DNA of 64,000 bases. It comes from Macrostomum hystrix (lineage: Eukaryota; Animalia; Platyhelminthes). Each line of letters opens with the position of its first letter. Position 1 is the stretch's first letter. The stretch is taken from positions 5,580,001 through 5,644,000 of the forward strand of contig CATNEN010000024.1 of the NCBI GenBank assembly GCA_950097015.1, written 5' to 3'. A model generated the notes under the pieces. The model made no database searches, was not told where the DNA came from, and worked only from the letters and a program-made list of their open reading frames with translations. This document shows positions 44,501 through 55,200 of this stretch, piece by piece. The position numbers and the translations under genes were made by a program.

Positions 44501-47500
44501 GGTCGCGAACGACCACCAGATTCGAGGAGGTCCTGGCTGGCACGATGGATTTTAGGTCGGCGAGTTTCAGGCCTGTGTCCAGCAGCAGCCAGTGGTAATT
44601 CTGCTGGAGCACATTGGCTGTACGGGCCTGCAGAGGTGTTAAATACTGACATTAAATAGAAATAACTTAGAAGGTGTTAAAATTGACTTGCACTAAAAGG
44701 CTGTGTACAGCTGTTAAGTCCGTGGACTGACACACCCACCAAAATGTCTATCCCAGCTAATGCTGGTACAAATTTTACATTTGGGTGAGCTGAAACACTC
44801 TGAACTGAATTAGAAGACAGGAAGCCTCACCTGTTAGACAGGCAGCCTAGCTGTTAGACAGGTAGCCTAGCTGTTAGACAGGTAGCCTAGCTATTAGACA
44901 GGTAGCCTAGCTATTAGACAGGTAGCCTAGCTGTTAGACAGGTAGCCTAGCTATAAGACAGGTAGCCTAGCTATTAGACAGGTAGCCTAGCTGTTAGACA
45001 GGTAGCCTAGCTGTTAGACAGGTAGCCTAGCTGTTAGACAGGTAGCCTAGCTGTTAGACAGGTAGCCTAGCTGTTAGACAGGTAGCCTAGCTGTTAGACA
45101 GGTAGCCTAGCTGTTAGACAGGTAGCCTAGCTGTTAGACAGGTAGCCTAGCTGTTAGACAGGTAGCCTAGCTGTTAGAAAGGTAGTAGCCTAGTTAGAAA
45201 GGTACTCACAGATTCCAGAGTGCTCAGAACATTGTCTCTAGCCGCTAAAATGACGTTGAATCGCACTTGACCTTTGATTAGCAGAGAAAATATCTGCGTC
45301 AGATTTTTGCCTTCGTCCAGTTGGAAGGCCATGGCGCTCATACCGCTGGCTGTCAGCTCGTTCTGGAAGGCTTCGACCTGTGGCAGTCCTAGAATACAGG
45401 TGAGTATTTTTGTCTAACCGGTGAGCCAGTTGTCTAACAGGTGAGCCAGTTGTCTAACACGTGAGCCAGTTGTCAAAAAGGTGAGTTATTTGTCAAACAG
45501 GTGAGCCAGTAGTCTAACTGGTGAGTCAGTTGTCTAACAGGTGAGCCAGTTGTCTAACAGGTGAGCCAGTAGTCTAACTGGTGAGCCAGTTGTCTAACAG
45601 GTGAGTCATTTGTCTAACAGGTGAGCCAGTTGTCTAACAGGTGAGCCAGTACTACTACAGGTGAGCCAGTAGTCTAACAGGTGAGCCAGTTGTCTAACAG
45701 GTGAGTCATTTGTCTAACAGGTGCGCCAGTTGTCTAACAGGTGAGCCAGTTGTCAAACAGGTTAGTCAGATGTCTGACAACCTACTTTGAAATCTGTCGT
45801 AGAAGATGGCAACCGATGAGGCTCTGTGTAATTTCAGCGCCTCGACTGACGCCCGCAGCAGCAGGCGATGATCCTCGGAGCCGATGAAGTCAAAGGCTGC
45901 GAATGAGTAGATTATAAGCGAGAACTTTTCCTGATCCTGATTATCCTGAGATGGGATAATTTGCTAACTGAGATGGGATAATTTGCTAACTGAGATGGGA
46001 TAATTTGCTAACTGAGATGGGATAATTTGCTAACTGAGATGGGATAATTTGCTAACTGAGATGGGATAATTTGCTAACTGAGATGGGATATTTTACTAAT
46101 AGAAGGGGGATTATTTTCTAACTGACGGGGGTTAAATTGATGAAAGAAAAATAGACGGCGTCAATTTTTATATAAAAACTTATTAAATCACAATAAAAGC
46201 TTAATATATTTAACTGCACAGGGCTTGTTGGAAGTATTCTTTTTAAGCAAGCAAAAATAAAAATTAATGTTTTGCTACTCACCGGACTCTGAGGTCAAAC
46301 TGCAAAGATCGTTGGGGATCACAATGGTTGGCAGTGCGAGGGCTTTGCCAAGCTTCTGCAGGCTCTCCATCAGGGGACAGCCGCCGACACCGATGATGGC
46401 ATTGAGTCCAGCCTCCTGGCAGACTGCGCATTGTATGCAAAAAGATCTTGCGATATTGCACATCAAGTGCAATTCTTCCGGCATGGATTAGTCAATGATT
46501 TGGGATTCTTCAGGCATGGATTAGTCAATGATTTGGGATTCTTCAGGCATGGATTAGTCAATGATTTGGGATTCTTCAGGCATGGATTTGTCAATGATTT
46601 GGGATTCTTCAGGTATGGATTAGCCAATGATTTGGGATTCTTCAGGTATGGATTAGTCAATGATTTGGGATTCTTCAGGCATGGATAAGTCAATGATTTG
46701 GGATTCTTCAGGCATGGATTAGTCAATGATTTGGGATTCTTCAGGTATGGATTAGTCAATGATTTGGGATTCTTCAGGTATGGATTAGTCAATGATTTGG
46801 GATTCTTCAGGTATGGATTAGTCAATGATTTGGGATTCTTCAGGCATGGATTAGTCAATGATTTGGGATTCTTCAGGCATGGATTAGTCAATGATTTGGG
46901 ATTCTTCAGGCATGGATTAGTCAATGATTTGGGATTCTTCAGGCATGGATTAGTCAATGATTTGGGATTCTTCAGGCATGGATTACTCAATGATTTGGGA
47001 TTCTTCAGGCATGGATTACTCAATGATTTGGGATTCTTCAGGTATGGATTAGTCAATGATTTGGGATTCTTCAGGTATGGATTAGTCAATGATTTTGGGA
47101 TTCTTCAGGCATGGATTAGTCAATGATTTGGGATTCTTCAGGCATGGATTAGTCAATGATTTGGGATTCTTCAGGCATGGATAAGTCAATGATTTTGGGA
47201 TTCTTCAGGCATGGATTACTCAATGATTTTGGGATTCTTCAGGCATGGATTAGTCAATGATTTTGGGATTCTTCAGGCATGGATTAGTCAATGATTTGGG
47301 ATTCTTCAGGTTTAATGTGCAAGTGCTATTAGTGCTTTAATCTGTTGTGAAAGTTATGAGTCAGTGCAATATGTCTTCGTTGACACTGTTCGATCTTGTT
47401 GAAAAAATAATTATGTTACTTAATGCCTCTGGGAGATTATTGAAGAGAACGAACATGTAATTAGTCCCTCTTATCATTCTGCTTTAGCGACCAAGGAGTG

Positions 47501-48228
47501 ACCCAGAATAATTTTTTGTGTCATTTAACCTACTTCTGATTCTCTTACCAGCTTGGGTGCTCACTTGTGCTCAGGTGTGCTCAGGCGTGCTCAGGTGTGC
47601 TCAGGTGTGCTCATGTGTGCGCAGAAGTACTCAGATATGCTCAGGTGTTCTCAGGTGTGCTCATGTGTGCGCAGAAGTACTCAGATATGCTCAGGTGTGC
47701 TCAGGTGTGCTCATGTGTGCGCAGAAGTACTCAGATATGCTCAGGTGTGCTCAGGTGTGCTCATGTGTGCGCAGAAGTACTCAGATATGCTCAATTTTGC
47801 TCAAGGGTGCTCAGGTGTGCTCAGGTGTTAGTAGATAAATGTAAGCGCATGTATGTTCAGGTGTGCTCAATTGTGCTCAGGTAAATATAGGCTCAGGTGT
47901 GTTCAGGTGTGCTCAGGTGTGCTCAGGTGAATGTAAGCTCAGGTAAGCTCAGGTGTGTTCAGGTGTGCTCACCCTGTCTCACGGCGGTGACCGATTGGCA
48001 CTTGCTGACGCTGATCAGTCGATAATCCAAGCTGCGACCCGAGCCAGTTGGGAAAATTCTCCAGTTAAGATTGACCGCCCGCTTCACAGCCAGATCAACA
48101 GTTTCAGCTGGGATCAAAGCGTCTTGAATCACCACGGCAATCTTGAATGGCGCGCATTCGAACACCGGTAGCAGCAGCGGCAACAGCAGCAGCAGCAGCA
48201 GCAGCAGCGGCAGCGGCTGTGGGAGCAT
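38514..48228 (-). CDS. Variant ionotropic glutamate receptor / IR-like subunit with ATD, copy A, 13 exons, 851 aa
   Basis: Exons (high to low): 48228-47973, 46423-46283, 45896-45786, 45388-45210, 44627-44412, 43571-43413, 43077-42823, 42731-42625, 42548-42455, 41940-41526, 40605-40400, 40053-39881, 38757-38514. All introns are GT-AG with compatible phases and sum to 2556 nt. Poly-Leu signal peptide, ATD (VCQEAGLNAIIG, AIFYD, NYHWLL), S1 (VPPF, FTGCIGELQKG, ITTLRLPVVDFS), M1, M2 GSFLQQG, M3 WWMF...SYTGNLTAYLTV, S2, M4 GVAGAYIV. Confidence 0.92.
38790..39470. repeat. 20-bp minisatellite (CACAACAGTGTGTCACATCC), iGluR-A intron 12
   Basis: Tandem array read directly. Confidence 0.93.
40145..40385. 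repeat. 10-bp minisatellite (ACTTTACAAG), iGluR-A intron 11
   Basis: About 23 copies. Confidence 0.95.
40685..41345. repeat. 19-bp minisatellite (GGGGAATAGCTTGCCAACT), iGluR-A intron 10
   Basis: About 30 copies, some with GGGGAGGG insertions. Confidence 0.95.
42055..42385. repeat. About 52-bp degenerate minisatellite, iGluR-A intron 9
   Basis: About 6 copies of ACAGGTGTGAGTTATGCGACTGAATTGGGGTGGTGGGTTTAATTAGATAAG. Confidence 0.85.
43120..43330. repeat. 20-bp minisatellite (AACAGGTGAGACTACCTTCC), iGluR-A intron 6
   Basis: About 10 copies, related to the arrays in introns 3, 4 and 5. Confidence 0.9.
43655..44060. repeat. 21-bp minisatellite (CTCTCTAACAGGTGAGACTAC), iGluR-A intron 5
   Basis: About 19 copies. 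Source of the TSLTGET ORF. Confidence 0.9.
44100..44330 (+). mobile_element. tRNA-derived SINE, degenerate copy in iGluR-A intron 5
   Basis: CAGCAAGACAATTAACTCTG...CTGAATGGGTGCTGG...TTAGCTGGGGTAATTGAGGGTGGG...CCCCAGTCCATGGACTGAACAGCCGTAC matches the 36996 and 59955 copies. Confidence 0.65.
44825..45200. repeat. 20-bp minisatellite (CTGTTAGACAGGTAGCCTAG), iGluR-A intron 4
   Basis: About 18 copies. The reverse complement (CTAGGCTACCTGTCTAACAG) matches the intron 5/6 units. Confidence 0.93.
45405..45780. repeat. 20-bp minisatellite (TTGTCTAACAGGTGAGCCAG), iGluR-A intron 3
   Basis: About 18 copies filling almost the whole intron. Confidence 0.93.
45945..46100. repeat. 22-bp minisatellite (GCTAACTGAGATGGGATAATTT), iGluR-A intron 2
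   Basis: About 7 copies. Confidence 0.9.
46470..47310. repeat. 33-bp minisatellite (TTCTTCAGGCATGGATTAGTCAATGATTTGGGA), iGluR-A intron 1
   Basis: About 25 copies. Confidence 0.95.
47550..47970. repeat. 10-bp-based minisatellite (GCTCAGGTGT) with about 60-bp higher-order units, iGluR-A intron 1
   Basis: The array abuts the exon-1 donor. Confidence 0.88.
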
Positions 48229-48879
48229 GATTGTCGAATTCCGCACCAAAAGGCAACAATCTGTGCTAACGGATTGTTCGTGGGCTGAACAAATATAAAA
48301 AACTTCTCCAATAGCGACGCTCCAAGGCTGAGTCCATTTTCGCGTTGCCATGGAAACTAGTGTGGCGTCAAAGTGTAAAAGGACACTTTAGTTTCACTGA
48401 ACAAGCCGCATTGAAAATGTTTCCTTTGATCATTGGTTTTGCTTTCAACATATATAATGCCAATCAGTTTTATAATTTGCCAATTCCTGGTGAGTGCTTT
48501 TAAAAGTGAAATCCATTTTATCGACTAATTGCATTAATTAGTTTAATTAGATGAGCCACATCGGATGCCCATTTTCTAATTACCTGCAGCCATGATCATA
48601 AACTTGGCTCTGCCAAGCAAAACAAACAAACTGGTGTTGCTTTCATAGAAATTCGCATCTGATCAGTTTCACAAAGCCAAGAATAATTGATTGAATAATT
48701 TTGTGGCCAATTAGTCCATCAGATTCTCTTACTGGCGGATGACACGTTAATGAGCAGGATGACGAAAGTAGGAAACATAGCAATTTTAGATCGCTCTTAA
48801 ACTGATGAACAAGCTTTTTATTCCTATTTCGTCAGACTGATACTCTTGTCCGACTAGATATCTGAAAATTTAGGGACTT

Positions 48880-49200
48880 TCCGGAGAATCACCCACAGGA
48901 AAACACTCACAGGGAGTCCCGCAGAATCGCTCTTAATATTTTGTCCAGGATAATCACTTACAGGAAATCCCCAGCGAATCGTTTTCAATGAATTACTTGA
49001 GAATAACTTTCCCTATCTCTCGCAGGGAATCCCTGGAGAATCCCTCGCAGGGAATCCCTGGAGAATCCCTCGCAGGGAATCCCTGGAGAATCCCTCAGAG
49101 GGAATCAGTGGAGAATCTCTCACAGGGAATCCCAGGAGAATGAATCACAGGGAATCTCCAATTAATCAGTTGATAATCACTCACAGGATTCTAGGAATTC
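48880..49200. repeat. About 25-bp degenerate repeat (CAGGGAATCCCTGGAGAATCCCTCG)
   Basis: Three perfect copies at about 49020-49095 with degenerate flanks. Confidence 0.75.
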
Positions 49201-49285
49201 CCTCATAATCCTTCACTACCCTTCGGGAATTCCAGTGCAGTCGGATCAGGGATTGTGCTGTTTGTCGACCTCTTTGATATTTTCA

Positions 49286-49458
49286 GAGGGCAATGGCACA
49301 TTTGGTGATATTAGACCCGCAGCCAGTGAGAGGCAGTTCTGCCCATTCCGCTGACCCCTGAGCGCACGCGCAGACAGATACTGTACGCAGGCACACGCTC
49401 ACACAAGTGTGTACATCTGCTCTTAATTTCTCATCGTCAGGCAGTGTACACTTTTACT
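49286..49458 (+). repeat. Dispersed/duplicated non-coding element, copy 2
   Basis: See the 36340-36496 copy. Confidence 0.75.
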
Positions 49459-49838
49459 GCGCCCTTTGGAGGTTGGCCCCAGCCGAATGTGGCGCTCTGC
49501 CATTCACCCCTGATCCCAAATCTCAGTAGACAGGCAATTATAGAAACTACTGTTCAAATAAATAAATGCAAAGTCGTTCTTAAAAGCATGCACTTTGGAG
49601 TCATTTATAGATTTCATTGTTAATAAACGTGTTATTGACTCGCAAGTAAAAGAAATTAGCCTGATTAAACAAAAAACTTGTGCTTTAAATATGGTGAATT
49701 AATATTCATTTTTGTGTTTTAACGTACCTAAAATGTTTGTTAGAAAGCTAACTAGTACTCATTGTGTAGTGCTTTGGTGATTGAGAAGGCGAATTTGTAT
49801 CCTCAATTTCACGGAATCGCTTACTAATAAAGTACGCT

Positions 49839-52130
49839 CCCTGACTTCAGGTAGGGGAAGGGATCCTCCCTGACTTCAGGTAGGAGGAGGGATCCACCCT
49901 GACTTCAGGTAGGGGAAGGGATCCACCCTGACTTCAGGTAGGGGAAGGGATCCTCCCTGACTTCAGGTAGGGGAAGGGATCCTCCCTGACTTCAGGTAGG
50001 AGGAGGGATCCACCCTGACTTCAGGTAGGGGAAGGGATCCACCCTGACTTCAGGTAGGAGGAGGGATCCACCCTGACTTCAGGTAGGGGAAGGGATCCAC
50101 CCTGACTTCAGGTAGGAGGAGGGATCCTCCCTGACTTCAGGTAGGGGGAGGGATCCTCCCTGACTTCAGGTAGGGGAAGGGATCCTCCCTGACTTCAGGT
50201 AGGAGGAGGGATCCACCCTGACTTCAGGTAGGGGAAGGGATCCACCCTGACTTCAGGTAGGAGGAGGGATCCTCCCTGACTTCAGGTAGGAGGAGGGATC
50301 CACCCTGACTTCAGGTAGGGGGAGGGATCCACCCTGACTTCAGGTAGGAGGAGGGATCCTCCCTGACTTCAGGTAGGGGAAGGGATCCTCCCTGACTTCA
50401 GGTAGGAGGAGGGATCCTCCCTGACTTCAGGTAGGAGGAGGGATCCACCCTGACTTCAGGTAGGGGGAGGGATCCACCCTGACTTCAGGTAGGAGGAGGG
50501 ATCCTCCCTGACTTCAGGTAGGGGGAGGGATCCACCCTGACTTCAGGTAGGGGAAGGGATCCTCCCTGACTTCAGGTAGGAGGAGGGATCCTCCCTGACT
50601 TCAGGTAGGAGGAGGGATCCACCCTGACTTCAGGTAGGGGAAGGGATCCACCCTGACTTCAGGTAGGAGGAGGGATCCTCCCTGACTTCAGGTAGGAGGA
50701 GGGATCCACCCTGACTTCAGGTAGGGGGAGGGATCCACCCTGACTTCAGGTAGGAGGAGGGATCCTCCCTGACTTCAGGTAGGGGAAGGGATCCTCCCTG
50801 ACTTCAGGTAGGAGGAGGGATCCTCCCTGACTTCAGGTAGGAGGAGGGATCCACCCTGACTTCAGGTAGGGGGAGGGATCCACCCTGACTTCAGGTAGGA
50901 GGAGGGATCCTCCCTGACTTCAGGTAGGGGGAGGGATCCACCCTGACTTCAGGTAGGGGAAGGGATCCTCCCTGACTTCAGGTAGGAGGAGGGATCCTCC
51001 CTGACTTCAGGTAGGAGGAGGGATCCACCCTGACTTCAGGTAGGGGGAGGGATCCACCCTGACTTCAGGTAGGAGGAGGGATCCTCCCTGACTTCAGGTA
51101 GGGGGAGGGATCCACCCTGACTTCAGGTAGGGGAAGGGATCCTCCCTGACTTCAGGTAGGAGGAGGGATCCACCCTGACTTCAGGTAGGGGAAGGGATCC
51201 ACCCTGACTTCAGGTAGGAGGAGGGATCCTCCCTGACTTCAGGTAGGGGGAGGGATCCTCCCTGACTTCAGGTAGGGGGAGGGATCCTCCCTGACTTCAG
51301 GTAGGGGGAGGGATCCTCCCTGACTTCAGGTAGGGGTAGGGATCCTCCCTGACTTCAGGTAGAGGGAGGGATCCCCCCTGACTTCAGGTAGGGGGAGGGA
51401 TCCTCCCTGACTTCAGGTAGGGGGAGGGATCCACCCTGACTTCAGGTAGGAGGAGGGATCCACCCTGACTTCAGGTAGGAGGAGGGATCCACCCTGACTT
51501 CAGGTAGGGGAAGGGATCCACCCTGACTTCAGGTAGGAGGAGGGATCCACCCTGACTTCAGGTAGGAGGAGGGATCCTCCCTGACTTCAGGTAGGGGGAG
51601 GGATCCTCCCTGACTTCAGGTAGGGGGAGGGATCCTCCCTGACTTCAGGTAGGGGGAGTGATCCTCCCTGACTTCAGGTAGGGGGAGGGATCCTCCCTGA
51701 CTTCAGGTAGGGGGAGGGATCCTCCCTGACTTCAGGTAGGGGGAGGGATCCACCCTGACTTCAGGTAGGGGAAGGGATCCACCCTGACTTCAGGTAGGGG
51801 AAGGGATCCACCCTGACTTCAGGTAGGGGAAGGGATCCACCCTGACTTCAGGTAGGAGGAGGGATCCACCCTGACTTCAGGTAGGAGGAGGGATCCTCCC
51901 TGACTTCAGGTAGGAGGAGGGATCCTCCCTGACTTCAGGTAGGAGGAGGGATCCACCCTGACTTCAGGTAGGAGGAGGGATCCACCCTGACTTCAGGTAG
52001 TAGGAGGGATCCTCCCTGACTTCAGGTAGGGGGAGGGATCCTCCCTGACTTCAGGTAGGGGGAGGGATCCTCGCGGACTTCAGGTAGGAGGAGGAATATG
52101 GGGGGAGTACCCTCCCTGACTTCAGGTAGA
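49839..52130. repeat. 2.3-kb 29-bp satellite (CCCTGACTTCAGGTAGG(GGA/AGG)AGGGATCC(T/A))
   Basis: About 79 units between iGluR-B and iGluR-A. Nearly every unit carries GGATCC. Confidence 0.97.
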
Positions 52131-52236
52131 AGGGAGTACCCAGTACAGTTCCAGCCCAGCATTCCCAACAGTCTACTATTATAAGTAGTCAGTTTAGTTA
52201 ATCGCAGTCTAAAATTAGGCTAAATTGATTCCTTTC

Positions 52237-55200
52237 TCAGTAGCATGGCAGGGCCTTCGGCGCCTGGCCGCAGATTTGAGTCCACAGCAGCTCCAGGGCC
52301 AGCAGCACAATTCCACAGACGTACAGAGCGCCTGTGACTATGAATGCTCCGGCGACACCCTCGAGGGTGATGGCGTCGGCTTCGGCGGTGACGGCGGACG
52401 CGACGCATTCCGGATTGGAGCGCGGAAAGTACTGGATCTCAAGCCACTGGCTCAGGCCCGAGTCCTGCGCCTTCTCCAACCTGATGCGGGTTGTTAAGGT
52501 TTGAGCTTTTGAGCTAGAGCTCAACTCAGACATATATAGTGCGAGAGAGTGGGAGAGAGTGCGAGAGAGTGGGAGAGAGTGGGAGAGAGTGGGAGAGAGT
52601 GGGAGAGAGTGGGAGAGAGTGGGAGAGAGTGGGAGAGAGTGGGAGAGAGTATGAGAGAGTGGGAGAGAGTGGGAGAGAGTGGGAGAGAGTGGGAGAGAGT
52701 ATGAGAGAGTGGGAGAGAGTGGGAGAGAGTGGGAGAACGTATGAGAGAGTGGGAGAGAGTATGAGAGAGTGGGAGAGAGTGGGAGCGAGTGGGAGAGAGT
52801 GGGAGAGAGTGGGAGAGAGTGGGAGCGAGTGGGAGAGAGTGGGATAGAGTGGGAGAGAGTATGAGAGAGTGGGAGAGAGTGGGAGAGAGTGGGAGAACGT
52901 ATGAGAGAGTGGGAGAGAGTGGGAGAGAGTGGGAGAGAGCATGAGAGAGTGGGAGAGAGTGGGAGAGAGTGGGAGAACGTATGAGAGAGTGGGAGAGAGT
53001 GGGAGAGAGTGGGAGAGAGTGGGAGCGAGTGGGAGAGAGTGGGATAGAGTGGGAGAGAGTATGAGAGAGTGGGAGAGAGTGGGAGAGAGTGGGAGAACGT
53101 ATGAGAGAGTGGGAGAGAGTGGGAGAGAGTCGGAGAGAGTATGAGAGAGTGGGAGAGAGTGGGAGAGAGTGGGAGAACGTATGAGAGAGTGGGAGAGAGT
53201 GGGAGAGAGTGGGAGAGAGTATGAGAGAGTGGGAGAGAGTGGGAGAGAGTGGGAGAACGTATGAGAGAGTGGGAGAGAGTGGGAGAGAGTGGGAGAGAGT
53301 ATGAGAGAGTGGGAGAGAGTGGGAGAGAGTGGGAGAGAGTATGAGAGAGTGGGAGAGAGTGGGAGCGAGTGGGAGAGAGTATGAGAGAGTGGGAGAGAGT
53401 ATGAGAGAGTGGGAGAGAGTGAGAGAGAGTGGGAGAGAGTGGGAGAGAGTTTGAGCTCAGTCTGGCAACTCACAGCACACAGGTTTGAGTTCAGTCTGGC
53501 AGCTCACAGCACACAGGTTTGAGTTCAGTCTGGCAGCTCACAGCCCACAGGTTTGAGTTCAGTCTGGCAGCACAGTACTCACAGGAAGTTGAAGGCGGGC
53601 ATGTAGAAGGCGCCCTTCGGAAAAGCCATGCCCAGCGAGTAGGTGTTGAAGGTCTCGGCGGCAATGTACACGCGATTGCAGTAGGCGTTGTAGTAGTGAA
53701 TGTTGACATTCTGGTCCACAATGCACACTTGATAAGGATTGGAGTCCAATGCTACCTAGAGGTTGGAATCACGCGCTTATCAAAGTTTGTTGTATAAAAT
53801 GGAACAAAATCTTGCTTTGCTGGACATGTGAATTAATGACCAATCTAATGAAATGACCATGTGAATTAATGACTAATCTAATGAAATGACCATGTGAATT
53901 AATGACCAATCTAATGAAATGACCTTGTGAATTAATGACTAATCTAATGAAATGACCATGTGAATTAATGACCAATCTAATGAAATGACCTTGTGAATTA
54001 ATGACCAATCTAATGAAATGACCTTGTGAATTAATGACTAATCTAATGAAATGACCATGTGAATTAATGACCAATCTAATGAAATGACCTTGTGAATTAA
54101 TGACCAATCTAATGAAATGACCATGTGAATTAATGACTAATCTAATGAAATGACCATGTGAATTAATGACCAATCTAATGAAATGACCATGTGAATTAAT
54201 GACTAATCTAATGAAATGACCATGTGAATTAATGACCAATCTAATGAAATGACCTTGTGAATTAATTGTTGTAAAAATGTGAAACAAAATCAAATCTCGA
54301 GCATTACCGTCTCAGAACAGATGGGCATTGAGTCGACCACCACCATTTGTTTCCGCAGCTCATAGTACGGACCGGAAGTGTCCAATTGGATCTGAGCGTA
54401 GATGTTCGTTCCCTTGGACACGAGGACTTTGTAGTGCGGATTGGCCAGCACATCCTCCAGGCTGTTGATTGGCAGGTGGGTCACCGACACGGTCAGGTAG
54501 GCAGTGAGATTGCCTGGCGGAGTTAGGAGGAAAATGCAATTAGGGCAGCAGCGAGGAACACATTCAGACCTACCTATTTAGACCTAGAAATTTTACTAGC
54601 CTATCAAATAATTTTTATTGGAGCTTAAATGTTGCGAATTAAAAAAGAAACTTTAATCCCTGGTTCCGTTAATAAATATAAAGTAACGAAGGCGACAGTC
54701 CTGCCATCCAAATATAAATAATTATATGATTCTAACAGTAGGACTACCAAACCATTTTGCCGCCCGTGGAATTCCCCCCCTTGTAATTTTTTTGGCAGCG
54801 CCCTAATGCTAGCAGCGTTGGGTGGTGACTCATTGGTTGACAGACTATGGACTGTGTATTTTGGCCTGAGCAGTGAAATTGGAGAAATTCGCGTCAGGGT
54901 GTCCATAGTGGCCTAGGAAGACGGAGATGATGCAGGCACATTCGGGTGACATGCTGATAGATTTTGAAGGCCTGGCAAGGCCGCACTGGGGCGCAGTGCT
55001 AATTTGTGTATAGGGGTGTATAAAAGACACTAGCGCTTATGGGAATCACACCTACGGCCAGAAATAATACTTATTTTAGAAGATGCGCAACAAAAAGTTG
55101 GCCCGTGTTGTTGAGTTTCGTGTGCTTGCGTTGCTCCGTTAGGATGCAGCACAAAAAATTGTCAGGGGGGATCCCCCTTGGTAGTTCTACTGTCAATTTC

